This document shows positions 9,499-17,190 of a stretch of DNA of 64,000 nucleotides, one piece after another. Under the pieces are notes generated by a model, which saw only the letters and a program-made list of their open reading frames with translations, ran no database searches and was not told the DNA's origin. Source of the DNA: Abditibacterium sp. (GTDB lineage: Bacteria > Armatimonadota > Abditibacteriia > Abditibacteriales > Abditibacteriaceae); assembly GCA_965199495.1 (NCBI GenBank), contig CBDASK010000003.1:1248001-1312000 (forward strand), given 5' to 3'. How positions within the stretch are numbered: the first letter of the stretch is position 1; every line of letters begins with the position of its first letter. A program made the translations under genes and the position numbers.

Positions 9499-9896
9499 AA
9501 ACGCCCGCACCAATCGCCGCCCGCCACGATGCAGCCACGCCGCGCGACAGCTTCGCGCCCGAAGTAAACCCACGCTTCGATTGGTTCCTCTCCAACCGAA
9601 ACGAAACGGCGCAAACGCCGGTAAAGCACGTCGGGATTTTCGGGATTGTTGCCGTCCACGCTTTCCAATCGGTCGAGCGATTTTAAAATCGCGTCATATT
9701 TCGCGGTTTCGATTTCGACGAGTTCGCCCCAAACTTCGCCGTTATCGCTTTCAATAATCATCGGATATGGCCCCAAATCGAACATTTGCGCGCCGCACAA
9801 TTTCGCATCACGCGAACGCGCGATGGCGCCGCGCAGCAAAGTCGCGTTGGATTCTCCGGCGCGCAGGGTGCCGTAAACGAAAAAAGGCAATTGCAT
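9474..9896 (-). CDS. Gamma-glutamylcyclotransferase (AIG2-like)
   Basis: FFVYGTLRAG, GPYP, VWGEL, LDRLE, AWVY. Confidence 0.85.
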   Translation of the reverse strand: MQLPFFVYGTLRAGESNATLLRGAIARSRDAKLCGAQMFDLGPYPMIIESDNGEVWGELVEIETAKYDAILKSLDRLESVDGNNPENPDVLYRRLRRFVSVGEEPIEAWVYFGREAVARRGCIVAGGDWCGRFQLSEAKS

Positions 9897-9903
9897 CGTT
9901 TTG

Positions 9904-9996
9904 GGTGACGCCGATTTATCGCGTCTAAAACGTCAAATTCGCCGTTACTTGAAAGCAATTCCAACTTTTTAAGACGCGATAAATCGGCGTCTCCAC
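9904..9996. repeat. GTAG-type REP doublet, family A (degenerate)
   Basis: GACGCCGATTTATCGCGTCT ... AGACGCGATAAATCGGCGTC inverted arms; same family as 20945, 30203 and 46020. Confidence 0.8.
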
Positions 9997-10000
9997 GAAA

Positions 10001-10408
10001 TTAAAAGCGCGCAGTTTGGCTCTCTTGAAACGGAAACGCGTTTTCCAGCCATGCCACACGCGGCTTGGTTTGCTTATCGGGCGCAAGCCAAACTTCGATG
10101 ATGTCGAAGCGAATTGTCGTTTCGCTTAACTCGAATTCCATCGTGTAAGCCGTGGCCAAACGGCAAATTTGGCGCTGCTTGGCGGGCGTGACGGCTTCTT
10201 GTGGTTCGCCGTGGCTGCTGTTGGCGCGCGTCTTGACTTCGACAAAACAAATCGTATCGCCGAATTGAACGATTAAATCAATTTCGCCGCGCACGCTTTT
10301 GAGCGAACTGCGCCAGTTTTTATGTAATAATTTGGCGCCACGCGAAACCAAAAACGCGGCGGCGATAGTTTCGCCGTCGCGTCCGGTGATGTGTCTGGGA
10401 TCGGTCAA
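10001..10408 (-). CDS. yraN: YraN family endonuclease (UPF0102)
   Basis: GRDGETIA..FL, NWR, GEIDLI, FVEVKTR, EAVTPAKQ, RFDII. Confidence 0.9.
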   Translation of the reverse strand: MTDPRHITGRDGETIAAAFLVSRGAKLLHKNWRSSLKSVRGEIDLIVQFGDTICFVEVKTRANSSHGEPQEAVTPAKQRQICRLATAYTMEFELSETTIRFDIIEVWLAPDKQTKPRVAWLENAFPFQESQTARF

Positions 10409-10422
10409 AAGTTGAACTCGGA

Positions 10423-11331
10423 TTAGCCACTACTCGTGCCCGAAGGACTGGGAGACGTGCCCGAAGGGCTGGGAGATGTGCCCGAAGGGCCGGGAAACGT
10501 GCCCGAAGGGCTGGGAGCGCCGGGCGCTCCCGGTGCGATCAGAGCGGGTGGTGGCGCATCGCCGGGTTTGGGCAATTGCAAACCGACGCTCGATTTGGTG
10601 CCCGTGCCACGCGAAGGCAACTTCACGCGTTGCTGCAAACGCCGAAAAGTATCGGTTTGCCACAGATGCGAATTGTTTTCGCGCGCAAACGTCTCGTCAT
10701 AGAGCCACTGCGTCTGGTCGAACGAAGTCGGCGAATATAAATCCACAACCGCGTAACCCGAAAGCACCAGCAGACGGTTCAGCGACATTCGCTGGCCGGT
10801 AAAGGGTGCATCGCGCGCGGTGAAAAACACTTCGACGCGGCGTTTGTTGTCGGTATCCGTTGGAAAAACCGGATCGATGTCCACATCCACATCCTGCCCG
10901 GCGATCCATTTTTGAATCGCCGAAATGGCCTCCTGCGCGCCGGTCTGGTTGCCCGTTGGCACCAGAATGCCCGCCAGACGCACCGGGTTGAGCGTATCGG
11001 CGGCGCCCAAAACCACTTGCGGTTTGCCAGCGGGATTTGCGCCGGGAACCTTTTTCACGCTCTGCAAAACCAACTCTTGGCCCGACGCGATCAGAGCCAC
11101 CCGAAACGAATCGGGCAACGCCGGGTTGATTGTCCCGCCTTCCTGATTGTTGAGCGCGGTGCCTTTGGGCGAGCCTTCGGCGGGATCGAACTGCACGCCG
11201 TGAGGCGTGGGAACCGGCGTCGGCGTCGGCTCCGGTTCGGGCGCCTTGATGAAAACACAGCCGCCCAAAACGGGCACGACGGAAAGCGCCAGCAGAGGCG
11301 TGAAGCGCGAGAAAAGACGGATGGATTTCAT
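10423..11331 (-). CDS. Lipoprotein with thermonuclease (SNase)-like domain and Pro/Ser/Gly tail
   Basis: Lipobox-like LGGC; VRLAGI, LNRLLVLSGYA, ARENNSHLW resemble SNase; low-complexity C-terminus. Confidence 0.6.
   Translation of the reverse strand: MKSIRLFSRFTPLLALSVVPVLGGCVFIKAPEPEPTPTPVPTPHGVQFDPAEGSPKGTALNNQEGGTINPALPDSFRVALIASGQELVLQSVKKVPGANPAGKPQVVLGAADTLNPVRLAGILVPTGNQTGAQEAISAIQKWIAGQDVDVDIDPVFPTDTDNKRRVEVFFTARDAPFTGQRMSLNRLLVLSGYAVVDLYSPTSFDQTQWLYDETFARENNSHLWQTDTFRRLQQRVKLPSRGTGTKSSVGLQLPKPGDAPPPALIAPGAPGAPSPSGTFPGPSGTSPSPSGTSPSPSGTSSG
10436..10519. repeat. 4 x 21-bp intragenic tandem repeat (SPSPSGT-like units)
   Basis: GTGCCCGAAGGGCTGGGAGAY-like units at 10436, 10457, 10478 and 10499. 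Confidence 0.85.
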
Positions 11332-11386
11332 GGGCCGAAAATTTTAAAATCAGAGTTTAAATCGGTGAGGCAGTGCAAACAACTAT

Positions 11387-11485
11387 ATCAGATTTCAGGA
11401 ACAGATGTCGGATAGGGTTGGAAGAAAGTTAAATGGAAATGAACTCTCTTTAACCTTATCCAAAATCTGGTCTCTGAAATCTGAT
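11387..11485. repeat. Heptamer-periodic inverted repeat (TCRGATW family)
   Basis: ATCAGATTTCAGGAACAGATGTCGGATA ... TATCCAAAATCTGGTCTCTGAAATCTGAT. Confidence 0.65.
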
Positions 11486-12220
11486 TCATCCTTCGACCAG
11501 CAATTCGCTGGCGTTTTTGAACGAGAAGCGCTCTTGTTGCGCGGCGGTTATGGCGCTGTCGCGCGCCATGCCCAGCGCGGCGACGGGACTAAAACGGCCC
11601 CAGCCCGAACTCCACGCCACGCGGCGCTCGCCCAGAGTTTGCATCGCGCTGGCGATCACGTCGCGTTCGGTAAAGGAGACAACCGGCACGAAAACCGTAT
11701 TGACGACTTCCTTAATCGCGACCGCCGCCATGCGCGTCAGTTCGACGGTTTGCGGGGCAATCGCGAATTTGAGCGCGCTAAATTCGCGCGCCGCCGCCAC
11801 TGCCGCTTCCAAGTTGGCGGGCGTCGTGGCTGTGAGCATCACCGGGCGCGAATAGCGGCGCAGCGCGTTCAAAACGTCGCGCCCGCCCTGACTGGTGATG
11901 AGGTCGGCGTCGGTTTTCTGCTCGATTAAAGTGCCACAAAAGCGTGGCTTGACCAGATACAAACGCGCCAACTCACCCGACAAATCGGGGCGATGAATCG
12001 AGGCAGTCATCCACGCGCGAAAGCGTTTGTCGCCGCGCGTGTGTTCGGCCAAATAGGAGTTGCCGCCGACCAGATCGAACGAGGCGAAAGGCGCTGAAAA
12101 ACAGAGCGCCTCGAATTGGCCCTGCTCGGCGTAGGCGCGGGCAGCAGCCACGTCGGGCGCGTCCAGAGCGCGGGTGTCGGGCGTTGTGCCCAGATAACAG
12201 TGAAGGTCAATGCGAGCCAT
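11486..12220 (-). CDS. Amidohydrolase-2-like TIM-barrel protein (degenerate)
   Basis: IDLHCYLG N-terminus, GERRVAWSS, FKNASELL; paralog-like to the adjacent gene. Confidence 0.6.
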   Translation of the reverse strand: MARIDLHCYLGTTPDTRALDAPDVAAARAYAEQGQFEALCFSAPFASFDLVGGNSYLAEHTRGDKRFRAWMTASIHRPDLSGELARLYLVKPRFCGTLIEQKTDADLITSQGGRDVLNALRRYSRPVMLTATTPANLEAAVAAAREFSALKFAIAPQTVELTRMAAVAIKEVVNTVFVPVVSFTERDVIASAMQTLGERRVAWSSGWGRFSPVAALGMARDSAITAAQQERFSFKNASELLVEG

Positions 12221-12248
12221 AATTCAGATGTCGGATTTCGGATACGGT

Positions 12249-12980
12249 TTATTCGCCGATTAATCTATTTAAGTTGCCGCCGACGATGGCGGCTTTTTGT
12301 TCGTTGCCGATGCCCGATCCGCGCACCACGTTGAGAGAGGCGGCGCTGTAACGGAGCGGCGAATACGAGGCGTAAATCAGGCGATTGGCGCCGTCGGGAA
12401 CGTGAGTGGCCACGGCTTCGAGCGCGCCGGGCGCGAGCAAATTGGTGGTTTCGAGGTGAAACTTGGGCGAAGAACGCAAAACCGCGATGGCCTCGCCTAT
12501 ATTGGAACTGTCAACGCCCGCCAACAAAAGCGGCGCCTGCGTGAAAGCCACGGCGTCGGCGAGTTCGGTCGCCTCGCCGGGATGGGTGCATTCGACGGCC
12601 ACGGGAATATGCAGTTCGTCGCACTTTTGCAGCAGTTCGCGAAATGGCGCGAAGTGAATCGGCCAGCCCTGACGCGTCGGGTAAAACCGGATCATCTTGA
12701 ATCCCCGATGGGCGCAATTCTCGGCCTCTTCGAGACAGTGCGGATAAGCGCGCGGGTCGAGCGTGGCGACCGGCATCAGTTGCGAATGTTCGGCGCACGC
12801 TTCGAGCGTGGCGGCGTTGCCCTCGCGATAATCGTAGGTGATGCCCGTCGTGCAAAGCGCGAGGGCGCGCTCGATTTTGTTGGCGGTCATCGCCTTGAGA
12901 ACTTCCTGAATTTGCAGGTCTTCGTGATGCGGCCACGGGCCAAAAAGCGCGCAGGCGTCGAAAAATTGGATGGCAGCCAT
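12249..12980 (-). CDS. Amidohydrolase-2-like protein
   Basis: PVATLDP, GFKMIRFYP, FHLETT, GANRLIYAS.SP, IVGGNLNRL; ATG 12980. Confidence 0.7.
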   Translation of the reverse strand: MAAIQFFDACALFGPWPHHEDLQIQEVLKAMTANKIERALALCTTGITYDYREGNAATLEACAEHSQLMPVATLDPRAYPHCLEEAENCAHRGFKMIRFYPTRQGWPIHFAPFRELLQKCDELHIPVAVECTHPGEATELADAVAFTQAPLLLAGVDSSNIGEAIAVLRSSPKFHLETTNLLAPGALEAVATHVPDGANRLIYASYSPLRYSAASLNVVRGSGIGNEQKAAIVGGNLNRLIGE

Positions 12981-13035
12981 TGGAGAAAGGTAACGCAATT
13001 TTAAGCGATTTTGCCTGCGAGCGCTACTTTTGGAC

Positions 13036-13118
13036 AAGGATACAGGCTGAAGGCCGAAGGATAAAACTACGCATCGCTCAATTTCACCTTTATCCTTGCG
13101 CCTTTATGTTTTATCCTT
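13036..13118. repeat. Heptamer-periodic inverted repeat (AGGATAM family)
   Basis: AGGATAC AGGCTGA AGGCCGA AGGATAA ... TTATCCTTGCGCCTTTATGTTTTATCCTT. Confidence 0.55.
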
Positions 13119-13123
13119 TTCCC

Positions 13124-14659
13124 ATGTCACTTGCCACGCGCCCTTATCTCATTGAGGAATATACCACGACCGTTTGCCCGCACTGTTTCGCCGACGGGCC
13201 GCTCCGCAGCGACGGCGATGTTTGGCGCGATGGAATGCTCGTCGCGCAGGACGGCCAAATCTGGATGCGCCGGTTTTGCGCGCAACACGGCGAAACCGCG
13301 TCGCTTTATGAAGAAGATGCCGAAATCTGGCGCGCGCGCCGTGGCTGGAGTGCAGCCACGTCCACCGTCACGCCCGACCGCGCCGACAATTTCCGGGGTT
13401 TTCCCGATGGCTATCGCGACGGTTTGCCCGCTTCGCACGGCCAGCACACCTGCATTTTGCTGCTCAATATCACGCAGCGTTGCAATTATTCGTGCCCGAC
13501 TTGCTACGCCGATGCGCTCAAGCCAGGCACGGCGAAAAACTCGCCCGAATTGCCGACATTGGACGAACTCGATCACACGATTGACACGATGCTGGAACGC
13601 GAAGGCGGCAGGTTGGGTGTGCTGATGCTTTCGGGCGGCGAGCCGACTTTGCGCGACGATTTGGAACAGATTATCGAACGCGCGCTCTCCAAAAATATTA
13701 CGCGTGTTTTGATTAACACCAACGGACGCCGCATCGCGCGCGACGCGAAATTTGTCACAATGCTCGAACGGTTTCGTGACCGCATCGAGATTTATTTGCA
13801 GTGGGACGGGCCAAACGGCGACGCCGCGCTGCACCATCGCGGCGAAGATGTGCGCGACGAAAAAACGCGCGCGTTGAAAGCGATTGGCGACGCGCGATTG
13901 TGGTCAACACTGGTGATGACCGTGGCGCGCGGCGTCAACGATGGCGATGTCGGCGCGGTGTTGCAGTTGGGTTTGAACACGCCGCGATGCAGCGGCATGG
14001 CGATTCAGCCGATGTTCGGTTCGGGCCGCAACGCCGGTTTCGATCCGAATAATCGCGTGACGCCGACCGGCATTACGCGCCGCATGGGCGAGCAAACCGG
14101 CGGTTTGGTAACGTGGGAAGATTTTCTGCCGTTGCCCTGTTCGCACCGCGATTGCTGCGATATTTCGTATTTGCTCCAGACGCGCGACGGAAGTTGGAAA
14201 AGTTTGCCCCGTTTAATCGGGCGCGATGAACTGCAAAAATGGCTGCATTTGGTTTCCAACACGATTTCGTTCGAGTCGGTTTCGAGCGGCGTGGCTGATA
14301 TGCTCAAAAGCGGCGCGATTGCGCGCGTGTTTTCCGAAAGCGGCAAAGTTTCGGGCCAGCAAATCGTCGCCGATATTTCCAATATGTGCGGCTGCGTCGC
14401 CGGTCTGCCCGAAATTCTGGGCGCGATCTGGAATCGCGAAAAAGCGTTGGATAAAATGGCCGAGAAAACCTTTCGCGTCACGGTCAAACAGTTCATGGAC
14501 GCGCACACTTTCCACGAAGCGCGATTGCGCCAATGCTGCGTTCACACCGGCACGTTTGAGGAAGACCCGAAACGTTATTCGTTTTGCTGGCGCTATCTGT
14601 TCGACGACGCCGACGATTTTCCGGCGCGCGAAAACGTGATTAGTCTGGAGGCGGTTTAA
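13124..14659 (+). CDS. Radical SAM protein, Tes/GDGT-MAS (MJ0619)-like family
   Basis: N-terminal CPHC...CAQHG metal site; RS motif CNYSCPTC; SGGEPT; NTNG; YLQWDG; RGVND; PLPCSHRDCC; C-terminal QCCVH...SFC. Confidence 0.8.
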   Translation: MSLATRPYLIEEYTTTVCPHCFADGPLRSDGDVWRDGMLVAQDGQIWMRRFCAQHGETASLYEEDAEIWRARRGWSAATSTVTPDRADNFRGFPDGYRDGLPASHGQHTCILLLNITQRCNYSCPTCYADALKPGTAKNSPELPTLDELDHTIDTMLEREGGRLGVLMLSGGEPTLRDDLEQIIERALSKNITRVLINTNGRRIARDAKFVTMLERFRDRIEIYLQWDGPNGDAALHHRGEDVRDEKTRALKAIGDARLWSTLVMTVARGVNDGDVGAVLQLGLNTPRCSGMAIQPMFGSGRNAGFDPNNRVTPTGITRRMGEQTGGLVTWEDFLPLPCSHRDCCDISYLLQTRDGSWKSLPRLIGRDELQKWLHLVSNTISFESVSSGVADMLKSGAIARVFSESGKVSGQQIVADISNMCGCVAGLPEILGAIWNREKALDKMAEKTFRVTVKQFMDAHTFHEARLRQCCVHTGTFEEDPKRYSFCWRYLFDDADDFPARENVISLEAV

Positions 14660-14674
14660 AAGTTTGCGGAAGGG

Positions 14675-14829
14675 TGGCCCCCTCCCCAACCCTCCCCCGT
14701 TCCGGGAGAGGGGGCACTCGCTTGAAATTTTGACTTGCAAGAACTAACTTGTACGCGAGTTAATGCGGCTTATAAATTTCAAGCGAGTGCCCCCTCTCAC
14801 GGAACGGGGGAGGGTTGGGGAGGGGGCCA
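14675..14829. repeat. Long palindromic element (~55-bp arms, CCCTCCCC family)
   Basis: TGGCCCCCTCCCCAACCCTCCCCCGTTCCG...GCACTCGCTTGAAATTT and its near-perfect inverse. Confidence 0.85.
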
Positions 14830-14862
14830 AAAGTTCTTCTGAACTCAAGCATCCAAAACACC

Positions 14863-15570
14863 ATGACTTTAGGCGAATTTTTCACTCTCCTCGGCTTTCT
14901 CACTGGCGCGCTCACGCTTTATTTGTGGTCGCGCGCGCAAAAACTCGACACGCAGGGCATGAAATATGTCGCGCTGGCGGGCATCTGCGGCGGCGTGGCT
15001 GGTGCCAAGATCACGCAATGGATCATCGGCGAAGGCGGCGGTTTGACGAAGGCGATTCTCGATCCGCATAACGGCGGTAAATCGCTCATCGGCGGTTTGG
15101 TTTGTGGTTGGCTCGCCGTCGAAATTGCCAAACGCGTGTTGGGCATCAAACGTTCGACGGGCGATGGTTGGGCGTTGGCGCTTCCGGCGGGCGAGGCGAT
15201 TGGGCGCATCGGTTGTTACTTCAACGGTTGCTGCTACGGCACCAAGTGCGACGCGAGTTGGGCGATTTATCAGCACGGCGCGTGGCGCCATCCGACGCAA
15301 CTTTATTCGAGCGCGGCGGCAGCTTTAATTTTCGCCGTAATCTGGTTTTCGCGCGGCCAACTCAAGCGCGAGGGCGACGGTTTCAAGTTGTATTTGCTGC
15401 TTTACGGCGCCTCGCGCTTTGTCATCGAGTTCGCGCGCGACCGCTCGGTGGTGTGGAACAATTTGTCGTTGGTTCAAATTATCTGTCTCGAAACCGCGAT
15501 TGTCGCGGCGGTGTTGCTGGCGTGGAACAGTTGGAAAGCGCGCCCAAAACAAACGGAGCGAATCGCATGA
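14863..15570 (+). CDS. Prolipoprotein diacylglyceryl transferase (Lgt)-family paralog
   Basis: GGKSLIGG, GEAIGRIGCYFNGCCYGT, HPTQLY, YGASRFVIEFAR; multiple TM helices. Confidence 0.8.
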   Translation: MTLGEFFTLLGFLTGALTLYLWSRAQKLDTQGMKYVALAGICGGVAGAKITQWIIGEGGGLTKAILDPHNGGKSLIGGLVCGWLAVEIAKRVLGIKRSTGDGWALALPAGEAIGRIGCYFNGCCYGTKCDASWAIYQHGAWRHPTQLYSSAAAALIFAVIWFSRGQLKREGDGFKLYLLLYGASRFVIEFARDRSVVWNNLSLVQIICLETAIVAAVLLAWNSWKARPKQTERIA

Positions 15571-15884
15571 ACGGCGCCGCACCGATTCAGTGCGTCAACT
15601 GCGGTTGTGAGCAACCGTTCGCGCGGATTTATTGCGCGCAGTGCGGCTGTTCGCTCGATGCCGCCAAACCTTTGGGCCAAACGTGGGTGGGCACGTTTTT
15701 GATCGTTATTTTGCTATTCGTCGCCGCAACGTTAATCGGGTTCACGCTTATTTGGTTGATGTTTTTGGGGATGGAAGGGATTTCGTTCGCTTCTTTGTCC
15801 CTCCAAACAAAAGCTGTGGGCATTGCAATGTTGGCAGCAGCCACCGGCTGCGTCTGGGGCATTTGGCGCATGGCGCGCTGGTGA
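15567..15884 (+). CDS. Zinc-ribbon membrane protein, paralog 1
   Basis: ATGA overlap with the lgt-like gene; CVNCG-x9-CAQCG, two TM helices, C-terminal GCVWGIWR. Confidence 0.75.
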   Translation: MNGAAPIQCVNCGCEQPFARIYCAQCGCSLDAAKPLGQTWVGTFLIVILLFVAATLIGFTLIWLMFLGMEGISFASLSLQTKAVGIAMLAAATGCVWGIWRMARW

Positions 15885-15930
15885 ACTTCGCGTGTCAATG
15901 AGTTAAATTTAGGATTAAAGTTGAGCCATT

Positions 15931-16254
15931 ATGAATTCACCTCATCCGCCAAGTGACGCGATTTGCCCCAACTGCGGTGCGCCGCGCGACGCCGGACGGG
16001 CCTACTGCGCTAACTGCGGCGCGCCCTTGTCGGGCACGGTATCGGGGACGTCGTCCACATCGAAAACGATTACGTCTATTTTGCTGGCTTGGGGCGCGTG
16101 CGCGTTCGGCAGTCTGGGCGCGTGTCTGGGACTTATCGGCGTGATGGGCGGCAATATTTCCACCGATTGGGGCTATATCGCGACGGGCCTCGCTGCTCTG
16201 GTCGCCGCCGTGGCTTGCGGGTGGGGCATCTTCCGCCTCAACAGCAAAAAATGA
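15931..16254 (+). CDS. Zinc-ribbon membrane protein, paralog 2
   Basis: CPNCG-x9-CANCG, TM1 LGAC, C-terminal ACGWGIFR. Confidence 0.8.
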   Translation: MNSPHPPSDAICPNCGAPRDAGRAYCANCGAPLSGTVSGTSSTSKTITSILLAWGACAFGSLGACLGLIGVMGGNISTDWGYIATGLAALVAAVACGWGIFRLNSKK

Positions 16255-16574
16255 GCGATAACTTTTCGGCGTCTTCACTGCCCTGTCCCAATTGCGGAGA
16301 ACTTCAAGCGTCCGACGCGGTTTTTTGTGCGCACTGTGGCGCGCGCCTGAAAACTATCGAACCACAACAGGATTTAAATTTTTCGCGTTTGCCTTTGCTG
16401 TTGTTGCTGACACTGCCCATCGCCAGCCTATTTCTGGCTTTGGGAAGTTGCGCCGCCATCGGTGTCGTCGCGGCGGGGATTGTGCGGCTCGATGGAAAAT
16501 TAGCGGCCATCGGCGCGGGCGCGTTATTGGTTATAATCGTTTTAGCAAAATTGCCGCGTTTTTTCAATCGCTAA
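16251..16574 (+). CDS. Zinc-ribbon membrane protein, paralog 3
   Basis: ATGA overlap; CPNCG-x9-CAHCG, TM1 LGSC. Confidence 0.75.
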   Translation: MSDNFSASSLPCPNCGELQASDAVFCAHCGARLKTIEPQQDLNFSRLPLLLLLTLPIASLFLALGSCAAIGVVAAGIVRLDGKLAAIGAGALLVIIVLAKLPRFFNR

Positions 16575-16577
16575 ATC

Positions 16578-16907
16578 ATGAACGAAACTCCACCCTTGCC
16601 GCAACCCAGCGGCGCGACTTGTGCGAACTGCGGCGCGGCACAAAACGCGAACGCGCCCTACTGCACCAACTGCGGCGCGCCGCTAAGAGCAGCCACACCG
16701 GGCACGCTTTCTTCAGCCAGCAAAATGATCATCTCAATTGCGCTGGGATTTGGCGCGCTAATGTTTGGCGCGGTCGGCGCGTGTTTCGTTTTTCTGGGCA
16801 ACATCGAAGGCGGCACAATGGACTGGACATTTCTACTTTTTGTCGGCGTCCCCGCGTTGCTGGCGCTGGCTTGCATCTGGGGCATTTTTCGGGTTCAACG
16901 CAAATGA
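16578..16907 (+). CDS. Zinc-ribbon membrane protein, paralog 4
   Basis: CANCG-x9-CTNCG, TM1 VGAC, C-terminal ACIWGIFR. Confidence 0.8.
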   Translation: MNETPPLPQPSGATCANCGAAQNANAPYCTNCGAPLRAATPGTLSSASKMIISIALGFGALMFGAVGACFVFLGNIEGGTMDWTFLLFVGVPALLALACIWGIFRVQRK

Positions 16908-17173
16908 CTGATTCTACTCCTACTAAACCCACTTTATCACGCGGCGAAGCGTTCGAGAAATTGGCGTTTACATTGTGCAAAATCGCCACGTTCGCGCTGT
17001 TTACCGGACGCTTTGCCTTGCCGGTGGCTGCTGTCGGGGCGGCGCTATTTTTTGGGTTGGCGCACTTCAACGGCAAGCGCGATACGCGTTGTTTGTTCAA
17101 ACACCCCCTACTTATCGCGGCGTTCTGGCTGGCGGTTGCGCTCGGCTGGGTTTGGCTCAATTACATTCGTTGA
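16904..17173 (+). CDS. Small (89 aa) Cys-containing membrane protein
   Basis: ATGA overlap; MTDSTP...TLCKIATF...DTRCLFKHPLLI; hydrophobic segments. Confidence 0.7.
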   Translation: MTDSTPTKPTLSRGEAFEKLAFTLCKIATFALFTGRFALPVAAVGAALFFGLAHFNGKRDTRCLFKHPLLIAAFWLAVALGWVWLNYIR

Positions 17174-17190
17174 TGTTATAATTTTTCGTT

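Noticed and set aside
12980..13123. N-terminal extensions of the radical SAM (also of fabF, the Lgt paralog, the 34712 methyltransferase, thiS and the MBL hydrolase)
   Set aside because: The extensions are translations of intergenic palindromic repeats; downstream ATGs match the family N-termini.
15102..17173. Long ORFs 15102-15884, 16089-16574 and 16292-17173 as given in the track
   Set aside because: Their upstream parts overlap real genes out of frame; the plausible starts are the ATGA-coupled ATGs at 15567, 16251 and 16904.
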